Assembly: GCA_963814375.1 (NCBI GenBank)
Contig: CAWFCQ010000001.1
Coordinates: 22,043 to 86,042 of the forward strand
Origin: an uncultured Chloroflexia bacterium
Lineage (GTDB): Bacteria; Chloroflexota; Limnocylindria; QHBO01
Direction: 5' to 3'
DNA: 64,000 bases
This document shows, one piece after another, positions 1 through 9,452 of the stretch (position 1 is the stretch's first letter; each line of letters begins with the position of its first letter). The translations under genes were made by a program, and so were the position numbers. The notes under the pieces are model-generated. The model was not told where the DNA came from. It ran no database searches and saw nothing but the letters and a program-made list of their open reading frames with translations.

Positions 1-2
1 GC

Positions 3-617
3 GCCTGCCTGGTGGCGTCGATCGACCACGGTCCGCTGTCGCCATCGGCGCTCGTCACGCGGACGATTGCCTCGACCCGTGCGAAGCCGATGAGCGGGCT
101 GGCAGGCGGCATCCTCGCCTTCGGTGACCTCCACGGCGCCGTGGTCAGCCGGGCCATGCGGATCCTGGCCAGCGCGCCGGCCGAGGGCAGCCTCGACGCG
201 TGGGCCGACGAGACGTTCGAAGCCGAGCGCGCCGCAGGCGGCCGCCTGCCGGGCATCGGGCATCGCTGGCACGACCACGATCAGCGTGCAGAACGGCTCC
301 TCGAGGTGGCCGCGAGGCTCGCCCCGGATGCACGGCACGAAGCCGCGGTGCGGGCTCTGGCCGCGCGCGTCGGCGCGCACTCGGGGAAGCGCATTCCGGT
401 CAACATCGACGGAGCGCTCGCCGTCGCCCTCACCGCGCTGCGGCTCGACCCCGCCTACGGCGACTTCCTCTTCGCGATCGCGCGGAGCTTCGGGCTCGCC
501 GCCCACTTCGTCGAGGAGCAGGCCCGTGAGCGGCCGATGCGGATGATCGACCCGACGGCCGCGGAATACGACGGGGCGGCGGTCACGGGCCTCGAGCCAC
601 AGGAGGCAGACACATGA
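3..617 (+). CDS. citryl-CoA lyase / citrate synthase-like protein (5' partial)
   Basis: Frame is open from the window edge; DHG, GDLHG, PGIGH..H..D.RA and NIDG motifs of the citrate-synthase fold. Confidence 0.8.
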   Translation, partial: ACLVASIDHGPLSPSALVTRTIASTRAKPMSGLAGGILAFGDLHGAVVSRAMRILASAPAEGSLDAWADETFEAERAAGGRLPGIGHRWHDHDQRAERLLEVAARLAPDARHEAAVRALAARVGAHSGKRIPVNIDGALAVALTALRLDPAYGDFLFAIARSFGLAAHFVEEQARERPMRMIDPTAAEYDGAAVTGLEPQEADT

Positions 618-987
618 AGGTCCGGCTGATCTCGCCCTTCCGGGATGCCGAGCAGATCTGGATCGGTCTCGACGAACCCGGGATGCGGCGGAAGGTGTTC
701 CGCTTCGTGTCGCCGGAATCGGCTCCGAGGAGTTCATGGCGGGCATCACTGTCTTCGAGCCGGGCGAGTCGAGCTCCTACCACGTCCACGACGAGTCCGA
801 GGAGATCAATCTCGTGCATCGAGGGCATCCGGGCATCCTCGTCTCCGAGGGTGAGGAGGCGGAGTTCGAGACCGGCCACGCCATGTGGGTGCCCAAGGGC
901 GTCCATCACCAGCATCGGAACACCGGCACCACCCCGCTCAAGCTGCTCTGGGTGTACACGCCGCAGGCTCCACTTCCCCAGACTTAG
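614..987 (+). CDS. cupin domain protein (one apparent frameshift near 720)
   Basis: AGGAGG RBS before ATG 614; N-terminus MKVRLISPF continues in a second frame as [21 protein letters not shown]...[11 protein letters not shown] (cupin motifs 1 and 2). Confidence 0.75.
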
Positions 988-1021
988 GAACTCACGGTCG
1001 CAACGCGCGGAAGGGGCACTG

Positions 1022-3124
1022 ATGGACTCGCCATACATCGCCTTGGCGCTCGCGGCATCGGTCGCCGGCCTGTCGCTGGCGGCCTACTTCGCGCGTCGAG
1101 TGGCCGCGGCCCCTCCGGGCAACGAGCGGATGGTCGAGCTCATGGCCGCGATCCGAGAGGGAGCGATGGCGTTCCTCCGGCGGGAATATGCGGCCCTTGG
1201 CGTGTTCGTTGCGATTGTTGCGGCACTGATCTTCGCCATCCCGGAGTACCGGCTCTACGGTTCGCTCGCGTACGTCCTTGGCGCGCTCGCTTCTGCCGGC
1301 GCGGGATTCATCGGCATGCGCGTCGCAACGGCCGCCAACGCGCGCACCGCGGAGGCCGCGCGCGTCGGAGGGACGGCGCTCGCATTGCCGCTCGCTTTCC
1401 GCGCCGGCGCGGTGATGGGGTTCTGCGTGGCGGGCCTCGGACTGCTCGGCCTGACGGCGCTTCTTTACCTGTTCGTCACCGTGATCGCGGCGCCGAATTC
1501 GACGTCACTGATCGTGGCGTTCGGCCTGGGCGCAAGCAGCATCGCCCTCTTTGCGCGGGTCGGTGGTGGCATCTACACCAAGGCCGCAGACGTGGGTGCG
1601 GACCTGGTCGGCAAGGTGGAGGCGGGAATTCCGGAGGATGACCCTCGCAATCCTGCTGTGATCGCCGACAACGTGGGCGATAACGTGGGTGACGTCGCCG
1701 GCATGGGCGCCGACCTGTTCGAATCGTATGTTGGATCGATCGTGGCACCGGTGGTGCTCGGGGCCGTGATCTTCGGGGGGACCAGTGATCCGGGCGCGGG
1801 GATCGTCTTCCCGCTCGCGATCGCGGCAGCGGGCCTGCTGGCGAGCATCGTCGGCGCCTTCCTGGTTCGCGTCGAGGACCGCTCGAACCTGGGAGCCGCC
1901 CTCCGCCGCGGCACGTGGGTCGCGGCCGCGCTCAGCGCGGTCGGCACGGTCGCACTGTCAGTGCTCATCCTCGGGCCGGTGGCCCAGGTCGAGCAGCCAT
2001 TGTTCATCGCGGGCGCGATCATCAGCGGCCTGCTCGCTGGCGTCGCGATCGGATGGCTCAGCGAGTACTTCACGTCCGACCGATACGGCCCGGTCCGGCA
2101 CATCGCCGAGCAGGGGAGATCCGGCTCCGCGACGGTCATCCTCGGCGGCCTCGCGACCGGCATGCGTTCGACCGCCCCGAGCGTCGGGGTCATCGTCGTC
2201 GCGATCGCGGTGGCCCACGTGCTCGGAAGCATGGCCATCCCAGGTGCCGACAGCGCCGGGATCTACGGGATCGCCCTGGCGGCCGTTGGCATGCTGTCCA
2301 TCACGGCGATCACCGTCAGCGTCGACGCGTACGGCCCGATCGCCGACAACGCCGGGGGAATCGCGCAGATGGCCGGCCTCCCCGCCGAGGTCCGGCGCGA
2401 CACCGATGCGCTGGACTCGCTCGGCAACACGACCGCGGCGATTGCCAAGGGTTTCGCCATCGGATCGGCCGCCCTCACCGCGCTGGCGCTGTTCCGCAGC
2501 TTCACGGAAACGGCGAATGCCGCACTCCGCGAGGCGGGTGAGGGCCTGATCATGCTGGACGTCAACGACGTGGCAGTCACGGTGGGACTGCTCATTGGCG
2601 CGATGCTCCCGTTCCTGTTCGCGGCGATGACGATCGACTCCGTGGGACGCGCGGCGGCCGCGATGATCGCCGAGGTGAGACGCCAGTTCGCCGAGATTCC
2701 CGGCCTTCGGGATGGCCGGCCAGGAGTCCACCCCGACTACACCCGATGCGTCGACATCAGCACCGCCGCGGCCCTGCGTGAGATGGTGGCGCCCGGAGCC
2801 CTGGCGGTGGTCACGCCCCTCGTGATCGGCTTCGTGAGCCTTCAGGCCCTGGGCGGGTTCCTCGTTGGCTCGCTGGTCACCGGCTTCCTGCTCGCCATCT
2901 TCATGGCCAACGCCGGCGGCGCCTGGGACAACGCGAAGAAGTTCGTCGAGGCGGGCAACCTGGGCGGCAAGGGCGGCGAGGCACACCACGCCACGGTCGT
3001 CGGCGATACGGTCGGTGACCCGCTGAAGGACACGGCCGGACCGTCCATGAACATCCTGATCAAGCTGCTCAGCATCGTGTCGCTCATCGCCGTGCCGGCA
3101 TTCGTCGGATTTCGCCCGTTCTGA
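1022..3124 (+). CDS. hppA: membrane-bound K+-dependent (probably Na+-translocating) pyrophosphatase
   Basis: [56 protein letters not shown] and [10 protein letters not shown] signatures; many TM helices. Confidence 0.95.
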   Translation: MDSPYIALALAASVAGLSLAAYFARRVAAAPPGNERMVELMAAIREGAMAFLRREYAALGVFVAIVAALIFAIPEYRLYGSLAYVLGALASAGAGFIGMRVATAANARTAEAARVGGTALALPLAFRAGAVMGFCVAGLGLLGLTALLYLFVTVIAAPNSTSLIVAFGLGASSIALFARVGGGIYTKAADVGADLVGKVEAGIPEDDPRNPAVIADNVGDNVGDVAGMGADLFESYVGSIVAPVVLGAVIFGGTSDPGAGIVFPLAIAAAGLLASIVGAFLVRVEDRSNLGAALRRGTWVAAALSAVGTVALSVLILGPVAQVEQPLFIAGAIISGLLAGVAIGWLSEYFTSDRYGPVRHIAEQGRSGSATVILGGLATGMRSTAPSVGVIVVAIAVAHVLGSMAIPGADSAGIYGIALAAVGMLSITAITVSVDAYGPIADNAGGIAQMAGLPAEVRRDTDALDSLGNTTAAIAKGFAIGSAALTALALFRSFTETANAALREAGEGLIMLDVNDVAVTVGLLIGAMLPFLFAAMTIDSVGRAAAAMIAEVRRQFAEIPGLRDGRPGVHPDYTRCVDISTAAALREMVAPGALAVVTPLVIGFVSLQALGGFLVGSLVTGFLLAIFMANAGGAWDNAKKFVEAGNLGGKGGEAHHATVVGDTVGDPLKDTAGPSMNILIKLLSIVSLIAVPAFVGFRPF

Positions 3125-3136
3125 CCATCGGCACCC

Positions 3137-3799
3137 TCAGCCGCTGAGGTCGCGGTCCTCCATCTCCCAGGCGTGGTCCATGACGTGCTGCGCCGTGCGG
3201 CGCACCAGGAATTGGACCGGCATGCTCCGGCCGGTGATCCTGCCCTCGGCGTTGTGGTCGCGGATGGCGTCGAGGAACCGCTGCCGATGCGCCGCGAGCT
3301 CGTCCGGGGTGAGCCGAAGGCCATCCTCCTCGCGTATGCCCACCTTGCGCCAATAGTTGTGGCGCTCGGAGGCGTACACGTGACGGATGATCTCGTCGCG
3401 GGATCGGCCGCCACCGCGCGCGCCAAGCCGAAGCTCGTCGGAGACACGGGCGGCGATGTCGTCGAACTGGTCCCACGACGCCTGCAGCAGGTCAAGACGT
3501 CGCTCGAGCTCCTTCGACGAGAGCACTCGGTGCTCGATCTCCGATGGCACGTGCGCGATGCCCCACCAGTCGGTTGAGGTATTCCCCGCGTAGCGCTCGA
3601 CCACCGCCGGCGCCGATTCGCGGGCAAACGCATCCGCGAGGCCTGCGCGCTTGGCGACCGGGGCGTATCGGGGCATGTACGACGACAGCTTCGCCAGCGC
3701 GTCGTCCTCGTCCGTGCCCCAGCGTTCGAGGCCCGGCCATTCGTGGGCTCCTGCCACCATCCGCCGACCCTTCGGGCCGATCTCGATCACGACACTCAA
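3137..3799 (-). CDS. conserved hypothetical protein (DinB-like C-terminus); start uncertain
   Basis: Protein-like composition; ends RRTAQHVMDHAWEMEDR, a DinB-like His motif. Confidence 0.65.
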   Translation of the reverse strand: MSVVIEIGPKGRRMVAGAHEWPGLERWGTDEDDALAKLSSYMPRYAPVAKRAGLADAFARESAPAVVERYAGNTSTDWWGIAHVPSEIEHRVLSSKELERRLDLLQASWDQFDDIAARVSDELRLGARGGGRSRDEIIRHVYASERHNYWRKVGIREEDGLRLTPDELAAHRQRFLDAIRDHNAEGRITGRSMPVQFLVRRTAQHVMDHAWEMEDRDLSG

Positions 3800-3853
3800 C
3801 GTTGTGTCATCGGCTTCATGATCGGACCGATACTCGCCGCGAATCGTCAGGAT

Positions 3854-4642
3854 TCACGACCCGGACCACCGGGGAGGCTCGCCATCTGCGCGCTCCGTCG
3901 GCAACCGCTCCCGGACCATGGCGACGAACGGGGCCATCTCGGTCGCGAGCAGGTCGGCGTCCTCCGCCGTTGCGCGGCCGTCGTAGGCACGCCCCGCCGC
4001 ACGGAGTACCGGGTGCCAGCGGTCGGGGAGATGCTCGAGCGCCCATTGGCCGGCCGATCGCTTGGAGATGGCGACGTCGCCGGTCTCCAGAGCCCGGAGA
4101 ATCCGGCTGCCGTTCAGGAACGCGTAGGTGGCCTCGAATGGATCGGTATCTCCTTCTGCCACGTGGGCCTCGAGATGCTCCACCTCGCGGTCGAGGTCGA
4201 CCTCGAGCTCGGTCCAGGTTGGCGGCGGGACGACTTCGGCCGGCTCCCGGCCGTGCAGGTTCGCGTAGCGGCCGGCCAGCCAGTGCGCTCGGTTGATCGC
4301 CCACGACGTGTCGCGCCGGTCCTCGCGCCATGCATGGCGAGGTGCCTCAGGTTGGCGTGCGTCTGCCTCGAGGACGTACCACGCGTCCCACTCCACGCCG
4401 GTCTCAGCGGCGATCGCGGCGTGGATCTCCTCGATGGCCTCGGCCGTCTGCTCATCGAGCGGACGGCGGACGATGACGTAGGTGTCGAGGTCGGCCGATC
4501 GAGGCGGTCCTTCGAGCGCGGTCGTCCCGCCAAAGGCCCACATCGCGACGAGGTCGTCGCCGAGCAGCTCCTCCAGCTTCTCGCGCAGCCGCGTCCAGGC
4601 GTTCCTGGCGACGTCCGACAGCTGGTCGAGCGGGACGCTCAC
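3854..4642 (-). CDS. nucleotidyltransferase with DUF4111 (aminoglycoside adenylyltransferase-like) domain
   Basis: GG...SADLD Pol-beta NTase motif; C-terminal LNGSRI...SKRSAGQWAL; GTG start overlaps the upstream stop (GTGA). Confidence 0.75.
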   Translation of the reverse strand: MSVPLDQLSDVARNAWTRLREKLEELLGDDLVAMWAFGGTTALEGPPRSADLDTYVIVRRPLDEQTAEAIEEIHAAIAAETGVEWDAWYVLEADARQPEAPRHAWREDRRDTSWAINRAHWLAGRYANLHGREPAEVVPPPTWTELEVDLDREVEHLEAHVAEGDTDPFEATYAFLNGSRILRALETGDVAISKRSAGQWALEHLPDRWHPVLRAAGRAYDGRATAEDADLLATEMAPFVAMVRERLPTERADGEPPRWSGS

Positions 4643-5118
4643 GCCGTCCGCGGCTCGGGCTCGCGGCTGCGCAGCCGGAGGATCGGGATCTCGCGATCGG
4701 TCTTCTCGAGGTACTTCGGGTACTCCGGTGCCTCCTCGGCCAGCCGCTTCCAGGCCGCGTCCAGTTCGGCTCCGGCGAGCGTCTCGGCTTCGATGTCCTC
4801 CCGCCGACCGCCGTGGAACTCGATCGTCGCGTGCGGATCCCCGGCCAGGTTGTGCAGCCAGTCCGGTTGCCGTGCAGCCCCGGCCAACGATGCGACCACC
4901 AGCCAGGCATCCGGCCCGTCCTCGAGAAAGCCGAGGATTGCGTATCGAGTCTTGCCTGACCTGGCGCCGCGGGTCTCCAGCAGCAGCGTCGGGATGCCAC
5001 CGCCGGTCTTGTTCGTGCGCCGCCGGAACATCCCCGGCGTGAATCGGCTCAGGAGGTGAACGACGAAGCGCGGAAACCGAACGCCGCGAGTTCCATCGGG
5101 CGGCACGATCACGGCCAT
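4639..5118 (-). CDS. F420-dependent (deazaflavin) nitroreductase family protein, DUF385
   Basis: LLLETRGARSGKTR, ASLAGAARQPDWLHNL and Y..KTDREIP motifs. Confidence 0.9.
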   Translation of the reverse strand: MAVIVPPDGTRGVRFPRFVVHLLSRFTPGMFRRRTNKTGGGIPTLLLETRGARSGKTRYAILGFLEDGPDAWLVVASLAGAARQPDWLHNLAGDPHATIEFHGGRREDIEAETLAGAELDAAWKRLAEEAPEYPKYLEKTDREIPILRLRSREPEPRTA

Positions 5119-5158
5119 GAATCAACTGTACGCTTGACCGGAGTGGCACAATTCTCGC

Positions 5159-5413
5159 GTGAGTGACACGTTGGTGGTTTCAGTGGGACCCAAGGGCCGC
5201 ATCGTCATCCCGGCCGACATTCGGCGGGAGCTCGGGATCCAGGAAGGGAGCGAGCTCGTGGCCCTCGTCGAGGGCGAGGCCGTCGTTCTCGTGCCGCGGT
5301 CCGCGGTGAAGGCCCGCCTTCGCTCGATCTTCGCAGACGTGGCGACGAGCATGCGCGAAGAGCTCATTGCCGATCGCCGGGGTGCGGCGGAGGTGGAGTC
5401 GGCGAAGGAATGA
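5159..5413 (+). CDS. vapB: AbrB/MazE/SpoVT-family antitoxin
   Basis: VGPKGRIVIPADIRRELGI swapped-hairpin motif; overlaps the PIN gene (ATGA). Confidence 0.88.
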   Translation: MSDTLVVSVGPKGRIVIPADIRRELGIQEGSELVALVEGEAVVLVPRSAVKARLRSIFADVATSMREELIADRRGAAEVESAKE

Positions 5414-5781
5414 CTGTCGTCGACGCATCGGTCGTGCTGGCCTGGCTCCAGGACGAACCCGGAGCGGATGAGGCCGAGCCGATGCTCATGGACGGAATCA
5501 TCGGAGCTGCCAATTGGTCCGAGGTGCTTCAGAAGGCTGGGCAGCACGGCGCACCAGTCGGGATCGTGGCACGGCTCTTGGCCACTTTCGGACTGCGTGT
5601 GGTCGCCGTCACCGCGGAGGACGCGGAGCTCGCCGCGGACGTGTGGCAGCCCGCGGAGCGCTTCTCCCTCGGAGACCGTCTCTGCCTGGCGCTGGGGCTT
5701 CGCACCGGGCTACCAGTTGCCACCGCCGACGCTGCCTGGGCATCGCTTGCAGGTGCCCCAGAGGTCATCGTCATCCGATAG
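5410..5781 (+). CDS. vapC: PIN-domain VapC toxin (type II TA)
   Basis: VVDAS, NWSE, SLGDRLCLA and TAD acidic PIN residues. Confidence 0.9.
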   Translation: MTVVDASVVLAWLQDEPGADEAEPMLMDGIIGAANWSEVLQKAGQHGAPVGIVARLLATFGLRVVAVTAEDAELAADVWQPAERFSLGDRLCLALGLRTGLPVATADAAWASLAGAPEVIVIR

Positions 5782-5821
5782 GGGTGGCCCCTCGGCGCTC
5801 GCCGAGGACTAGCATCGGCGC

Positions 5822-6240
5822 ATGGCACGACGTCCGGCGACTGTCGACGACATCCACGAGATCGCCCGCGGGCTGCCGGGCGTCAAGCTCGGAGATCCTC
5901 GTGGGCGCACGAAGCCGACCGTCTACCAGGTAAGCCGGCGGAGCTTTCTCTTCTTTCGCAATCCTCGCCCGGACGCGGTCGACCCCGAGACGGGCGAGCG
6001 CTACGCGACGTCATCGTCTTCTGGGTCGAGTCGGAGCTCGAGAAGGAGGCCATCCTGGCCGATGCGTCCCTGCCCTTCTTCACGACGCCCGCACTTCGAC
6101 GGCCACCCATCGGTCCTCGTGCGTGGCTCGCGGATCGGCGAGATCAGCCGCGACGAGCTGGCCGGATTCGTCGAGGGCGCGTGGCTGTCGCGCGCCGGTC
6201 CCCGCGCGGTGGCGAAATGGACCGACGGAGAAGGGCTACC
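5822..6240 (+). CDS. MmcQ/YjbR-family protein (apparent indels near 6008 and 6090; 3' end uncertain)
   Basis: FFRNPRPDAVDPETGERY, then DVIVFWVES in an alternate frame, then HFDGHPSVLVR and AWLSRA. Confidence 0.7.
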
Positions 6241-6505
6241 GGTCGGCGGAATCAGCCGAACGGTAGGGGTCGTGGCGCGTCAGGAAGGCGGCGTCGCTCT
6301 CGGCGAGGCGTCGCTGAAGGCGGACCCAATAGACGTCGCGCTCGTCCGGCTCCCGGATCGTGCGCCGATCGAATGCGCGCAGGCCCCGCAGCCACGCAAG
6401 GACGCCCGAAGATGGGCGTCGTTCGCGAAGGGCGGCAAGCTGGATCTCGAGCTCGGTCATGACGGATCGAAATGTGGCGGCAACCGGCATCGTCCTGTAT
6501 CCCAC
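6236..6505 (-). CDS. hypothetical protein
   Basis: 89-aa ORF co-oriented downstream of the serine hydrolase; protein-like composition. Confidence 0.45.
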   Translation of the reverse strand: MGYRTMPVAATFRSVMTELEIQLAALRERRPSSGVLAWLRGLRAFDRRTIREPDERDVYWVRLQRRLAESDAAFLTRHDPYRSADSADR

Positions 6506-6536
6506 CTCTGCCGATGTTGACCGGTACCTCCGGCGG

Positions 6537-7490
6537 TCAGGCGATCGCCGGGAGGACGTGGTCGATCAGGATGCGATCGGTCTGCTCGTGCATCCCGGGC
6601 GTGCTGTAGTTCGTGCTGGTGATGACGACCACGGCACCGAGATCGGGGAGGATGACGACCTTGCTGCCGCCGTTGCCCTGCATCATCGGCGCAGCGAGGG
6701 TGCGCGTGCCGATGCGCAGGCGACGAAGCCACCACAGGTAGCCGTACTCGGTGTCTGAGTCGACGGCCAGGTGCGGATGGAGGGACGTTCGGACCCAATC
6801 TTCCGGGACGACCTGGCGGCCGCGGATCGCGCCACCGTCGAGGTAGAGCTGGCCGAGAGCGAGGAGGTCGCGACTTCGCAGCTCGAGGCCGCCGCCGGTC
6901 TGGACCAGCCCCGTCGGCGAGCGGAACCAGGACGCATCGGTGATGCCGAGGGGGGCGAAGAGATGCTCATCGGCGTATGCGTCGAGCCGCTCGCCGGTCG
7001 CACGCTCGAGGACGCCGGCGAGGGTCGTCACTCCGGCGGTGCAGTAGCGGAAGGAGCCGTCGCCGTCCTCGCGGGCCGGGAGGTCGAGCGCGAAGCGCAG
7101 CCAGTCGGGCGACTCGTACATGCCCTCCTCGTTGCCCGGTGACGAGGGGTCGCCGTCGTCGCAGTCGAGGTCCGAGCTCATGGTCAGGATGTCGTGGAGC
7201 GTCACGCCTCGCTTGGCGGCACTGTCGTTCGCCATCGGCTCGAGGTCGCCGAAGAACGAGAGGAGGGGAGCGTCGACACCGGTGATCGCGCCGCGATCGA
7301 TCGCCATGCCGATGAGCATCCCGGCCACCGTCTTCGTCACCGATCGCGTGTTTCGACGGGCCTCCGCCCCGCCGCCGTCGAAGTACCCCTCGTACGTCAT
7401 GGCGCCGCGCTGCGCGACGACGACGCTCGTTACGCGGTGGAAGCGCTCGTCGCGAATCGCGGTCTCGAGGGTCGAGAGATCGAGCGGCAT
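6537..7490 (-). CDS. serine hydrolase, class C beta-lactamase/NylB-like
   Basis: SxxK (RSVTK), FRYCT and YGYLWW motifs. Confidence 0.9.
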   Translation of the reverse strand: MPLDLSTLETAIRDERFHRVTSVVVAQRGAMTYEGYFDGGGAEARRNTRSVTKTVAGMLIGMAIDRGAITGVDAPLLSFFGDLEPMANDSAAKRGVTLHDILTMSSDLDCDDGDPSSPGNEEGMYESPDWLRFALDLPAREDGDGSFRYCTAGVTTLAGVLERATGERLDAYADEHLFAPLGITDASWFRSPTGLVQTGGGLELRSRDLLALGQLYLDGGAIRGRQVVPEDWVRTSLHPHLAVDSDTEYGYLWWLRRLRIGTRTLAAPMMQGNGGSKVVILPDLGAVVVITSTNYSTPGMHEQTDRILIDHVLPAIA

Positions 7491-7494
7491 GCGG

Positions 7495-7971
7495 TCAGCC
7501 GCGCGGCTCCAGGATCACGACGGCGGTCTCGCGTGAACGCCGAGATGCCCAGCTGTCGAGGTTCTCGCCGTCGTACTCGGCCCAGCGCGCCCAGAGGCGG
7601 GGACGCTCCTCCGGTGTCGCGGCACGCCCGTGGATCGCTCGCGGACCATCGGGCAGCTCCACGACCGTGTCCGGGTTGGCCTGGAGGTTCAGCCACCACG
7701 CTGGCTCGGGATCGCCCCAGCCGTTCATCGCCATGGTGACGATGTTCGGCCCGTCCTCGTAGAAGCCAAGGATGGCGATCCGCTCCTTCCCGCTGCGCCG
7801 CCCGAGCGTGTGGAGACGCATCATGCCCCAGGTGCCGGGCTTCGCCGGGCGCAGCCCGAGGCGGCCGCCGGTGAGGCGGAAGATGCCACGGTGGACGACC
7901 CATGCGGCACGAATGAACCAGCGGGGCGGCAGTGACGCGCGCTTGACGGTGCCGTTGGTTTCGGTGGTCAT
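7495..7971 (-). CDS. F420-dependent nitroreductase family protein, DUF385 (second paralog)
   Basis: LHTLGRRSGKER, MNGWGDPEPAWWLNLQANP and RSRETAVVIL motifs. Confidence 0.9.
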   Translation of the reverse strand: MTTETNGTVKRASLPPRWFIRAAWVVHRGIFRLTGGRLGLRPAKPGTWGMMRLHTLGRRSGKERIAILGFYEDGPNIVTMAMNGWGDPEPAWWLNLQANPDTVVELPDGPRAIHGRAATPEERPRLWARWAEYDGENLDSWASRRSRETAVVILEPRG

Positions 7972-7982
7972 GGGTCGCTCCT

Positions 7983-8207
7983 TCAGCTCGGTGTGGTGGG
8001 GTATTGGAAGACATCCTCGAGCGGGACGCCGAACGCCTGGGCGATCTGGAATGCCATCTCGAGCGACGGCGAGTACCGCCCCTGCTCGATGGCGATGATG
8101 GTCTGGCGGGTGACGCCGATGCGCTTGGCGAGCTCGGCCTGGGTCATCTCGCCGTGCGCGAATCGAAGGCCTCGGACCTCGTTCGTGACCCGCGTCGGCT
8201 TGCCCAT
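7983..8207 (-). CDS. XRE-family HTH transcriptional regulator
   Basis: MTQAELAKRIGVTRQTIIAIEQGRYSPSL. Confidence 0.92.
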   Translation of the reverse strand: MGKPTRVTNEVRGLRFAHGEMTQAELAKRIGVTRQTIIAIEQGRYSPSLEMAFQIAQAFGVPLEDVFQYPTTPS

Positions 8208-8210
8208 CGG

Positions 8211-8630
8211 CTAGAACCCGCGCCGGTAGGCGAACAGCTTGATCGCCGCGCCGACGATGGCCGATAGCGCGAACACGAGGTACATCGCATTGGCGATCCA
8301 GAAGTGGTCGACCTCGGTGATGGCCAGGATGAAGGGGACGACCATGCCGATGCCGAGCAGCGTGCCGGCCACGTACTCGCCGAAGCGGCCGATGTCCCGG
8401 TCACGCACGTCGGACGAGTAGTCGTCGCTTGGCCTCGCGACCTCGACCAGGATGCGGCCCACGATCGCTCCGGCGATGGATGCGCCGATCGTCCACAGCA
8501 TGATCGGGACGTAGTCGACCTCCGACAGCGGCGTCGCGCCGGCACGTCCGAAGAGCTGGATGAGGTACGCGCCGTAGCCGACCGCGACGACGACGATGTA
8601 GACCCACTGACCCTTCTCTTCGTACGACAT
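8211..8630 (-). CDS. 4-TM membrane protein coupled to the XRE regulator
   Basis: MSYEEK start, four hydrophobic segments and DVRDRDI loop. Confidence 0.85.
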   Translation of the reverse strand: MSYEEKGQWVYIVVVAVGYGAYLIQLFGRAGATPLSEVDYVPIMLWTIGASIAGAIVGRILVEVARPSDDYSSDVRDRDIGRFGEYVAGTLLGIGMVVPFILAITEVDHFWIANAMYLVFALSAIVGAAIKLFAYRRGF

Positions 8631-8645
8631 CGCCGAGCTCCCCGA

Positions 8646-8709
8646 TGTACAGAATGTTTGACATCGGCAAGGTAAAGCAACGCTGACACCGTGTCAAGCC
8701 TGCTTTACA
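8646..8709. promoter_or_regulatory. three 18-bp imperfect palindromes (TGTMAAG-N4-CTTKACA-like), putative XRE operators
   Basis: TGTACAGAATGTTTGACA 8646-8663, GGTAAAGCAACGCTGACA 8671-8688 and TGTCAAGCCTGCTTTACA 8692-8709, upstream of the membrane protein-XRE operon. Confidence 0.65.
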
Positions 8710-8745
8710 TCACGCAACCTGGCGACCTGGCTCGGCGGCGTTCCT

Positions 8746-8924
8746 CTCGATTCATCGCGACATCTTCACCAGAAGGCATCTCGAGGTTGCGTTCTCACGA
8801 TGGATCGCGAGCTGACACGCCGGGGCTGCACCCCGAGGTGCAGTTCGTGCGCGCAGGGCCGCGATGGATCGCGGGAACAGCACCCTTATCGGTCTTCAGG
8901 TGGATCGGCCGCGACGGATCGCGA
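8746..8924. repeat. four copies of a CGCGATGGATCGCG-like short palindrome (REP-like)
   Basis: Copies end at 8760, 8810, 8874 and 8924 (spacing 50/64/50). Confidence 0.5.
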
Positions 8925-9002
8925 CACCACAGGCCGGAGGGGTCGGCCGGGAAGTTCGGCGAAGGACCTGGAGTGATCCTCGTCGGCCGACGCGATCCGT
9001 CC

Positions 9003-9371
9003 TCAGCCCTGGCGGGAGTCCACGAAGGGTCGCACCTCGATCGGTGTGCGAATCACGGCGCTCGTCTTCGCCGCCCATGCCCTTGCCGAGTCGAGATCCT
9101 CGGCCTTGATGATGTAGAAGCCTCCGATCGACTCCTTGGCTTCCACATACGGCCCGTCGGTGGTGAGCACCGAGCCGTTCTGTGCGTCGACGACTGAGGC
9201 GCGGTCTGCCCCGGTGAGGCGGCCGCTGAAGACCAGCGCGCCGCTAGACCTCATCTCCGACTCGAGCTCGGCGATCGCGTTCATCAGGTCCGACACCTGC
9301 TCATCGGTCATCGACGACGGTGGCGACGCATCCGCGGCCATGTGTACGGACAACAGGTATTGGGCCATCAC
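9003..9371 (-). CDS. YciI/DGPF-family protein
   Basis: TTDGPYVEAKESIGGFYII and IEVRPF motifs; GGAGG RBS. Confidence 0.92.
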   Translation of the reverse strand: MMAQYLLSVHMAADASPPSSMTDEQVSDLMNAIAELESEMRSSGALVFSGRLTGADRASVVDAQNGSVLTTDGPYVEAKESIGGFYIIKAEDLDSARAWAAKTSAVIRTPIEVRPFVDSRQG

Positions 9372-9403
9372 GTTTCCTCCCGGATGTCTCGTTGCTCAGA
9401 CTA

Positions 9404-9433
9404 GACGACGAACGAGGGCCGTCCAGATCGACC
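9404..9433 (-). promoter_or_regulatory. putative ECF42-type promoter (GGTCGA-N17-CGTC)
   Basis: Resembles the TGTCGA/CGTC consensus reported for ECF42 targets, which are DGPF/YciI genes. Confidence 0.5.
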
Positions 9434-9452
9434 GGCGCAGTAGGCTCTCCCC

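Noticed and set aside
614-3124. 836-aa ORF suggesting a cupin-pyrophosphatase fusion
   Set aside because: Artefact of an indel near 720; the cupin ends at 987 in another frame and HppA starts at 1022.
5159-5781. TA module as marker of a mobile element or genomic island
   Set aside because: No integrase, transposase, att sites or flanking repeats are visible.
3854-7490. Antibiotic-resistance calls (aminoglycoside adenylyltransferase, beta-lactamase)
   Set aside because: Only superfamily-level motifs; no evidence of specificity or mobile context.
8746-8924. Possible CRISPR array
   Set aside because: Repeats are only about 14 bp, degenerate and unevenly spaced, and no cas genes are present.
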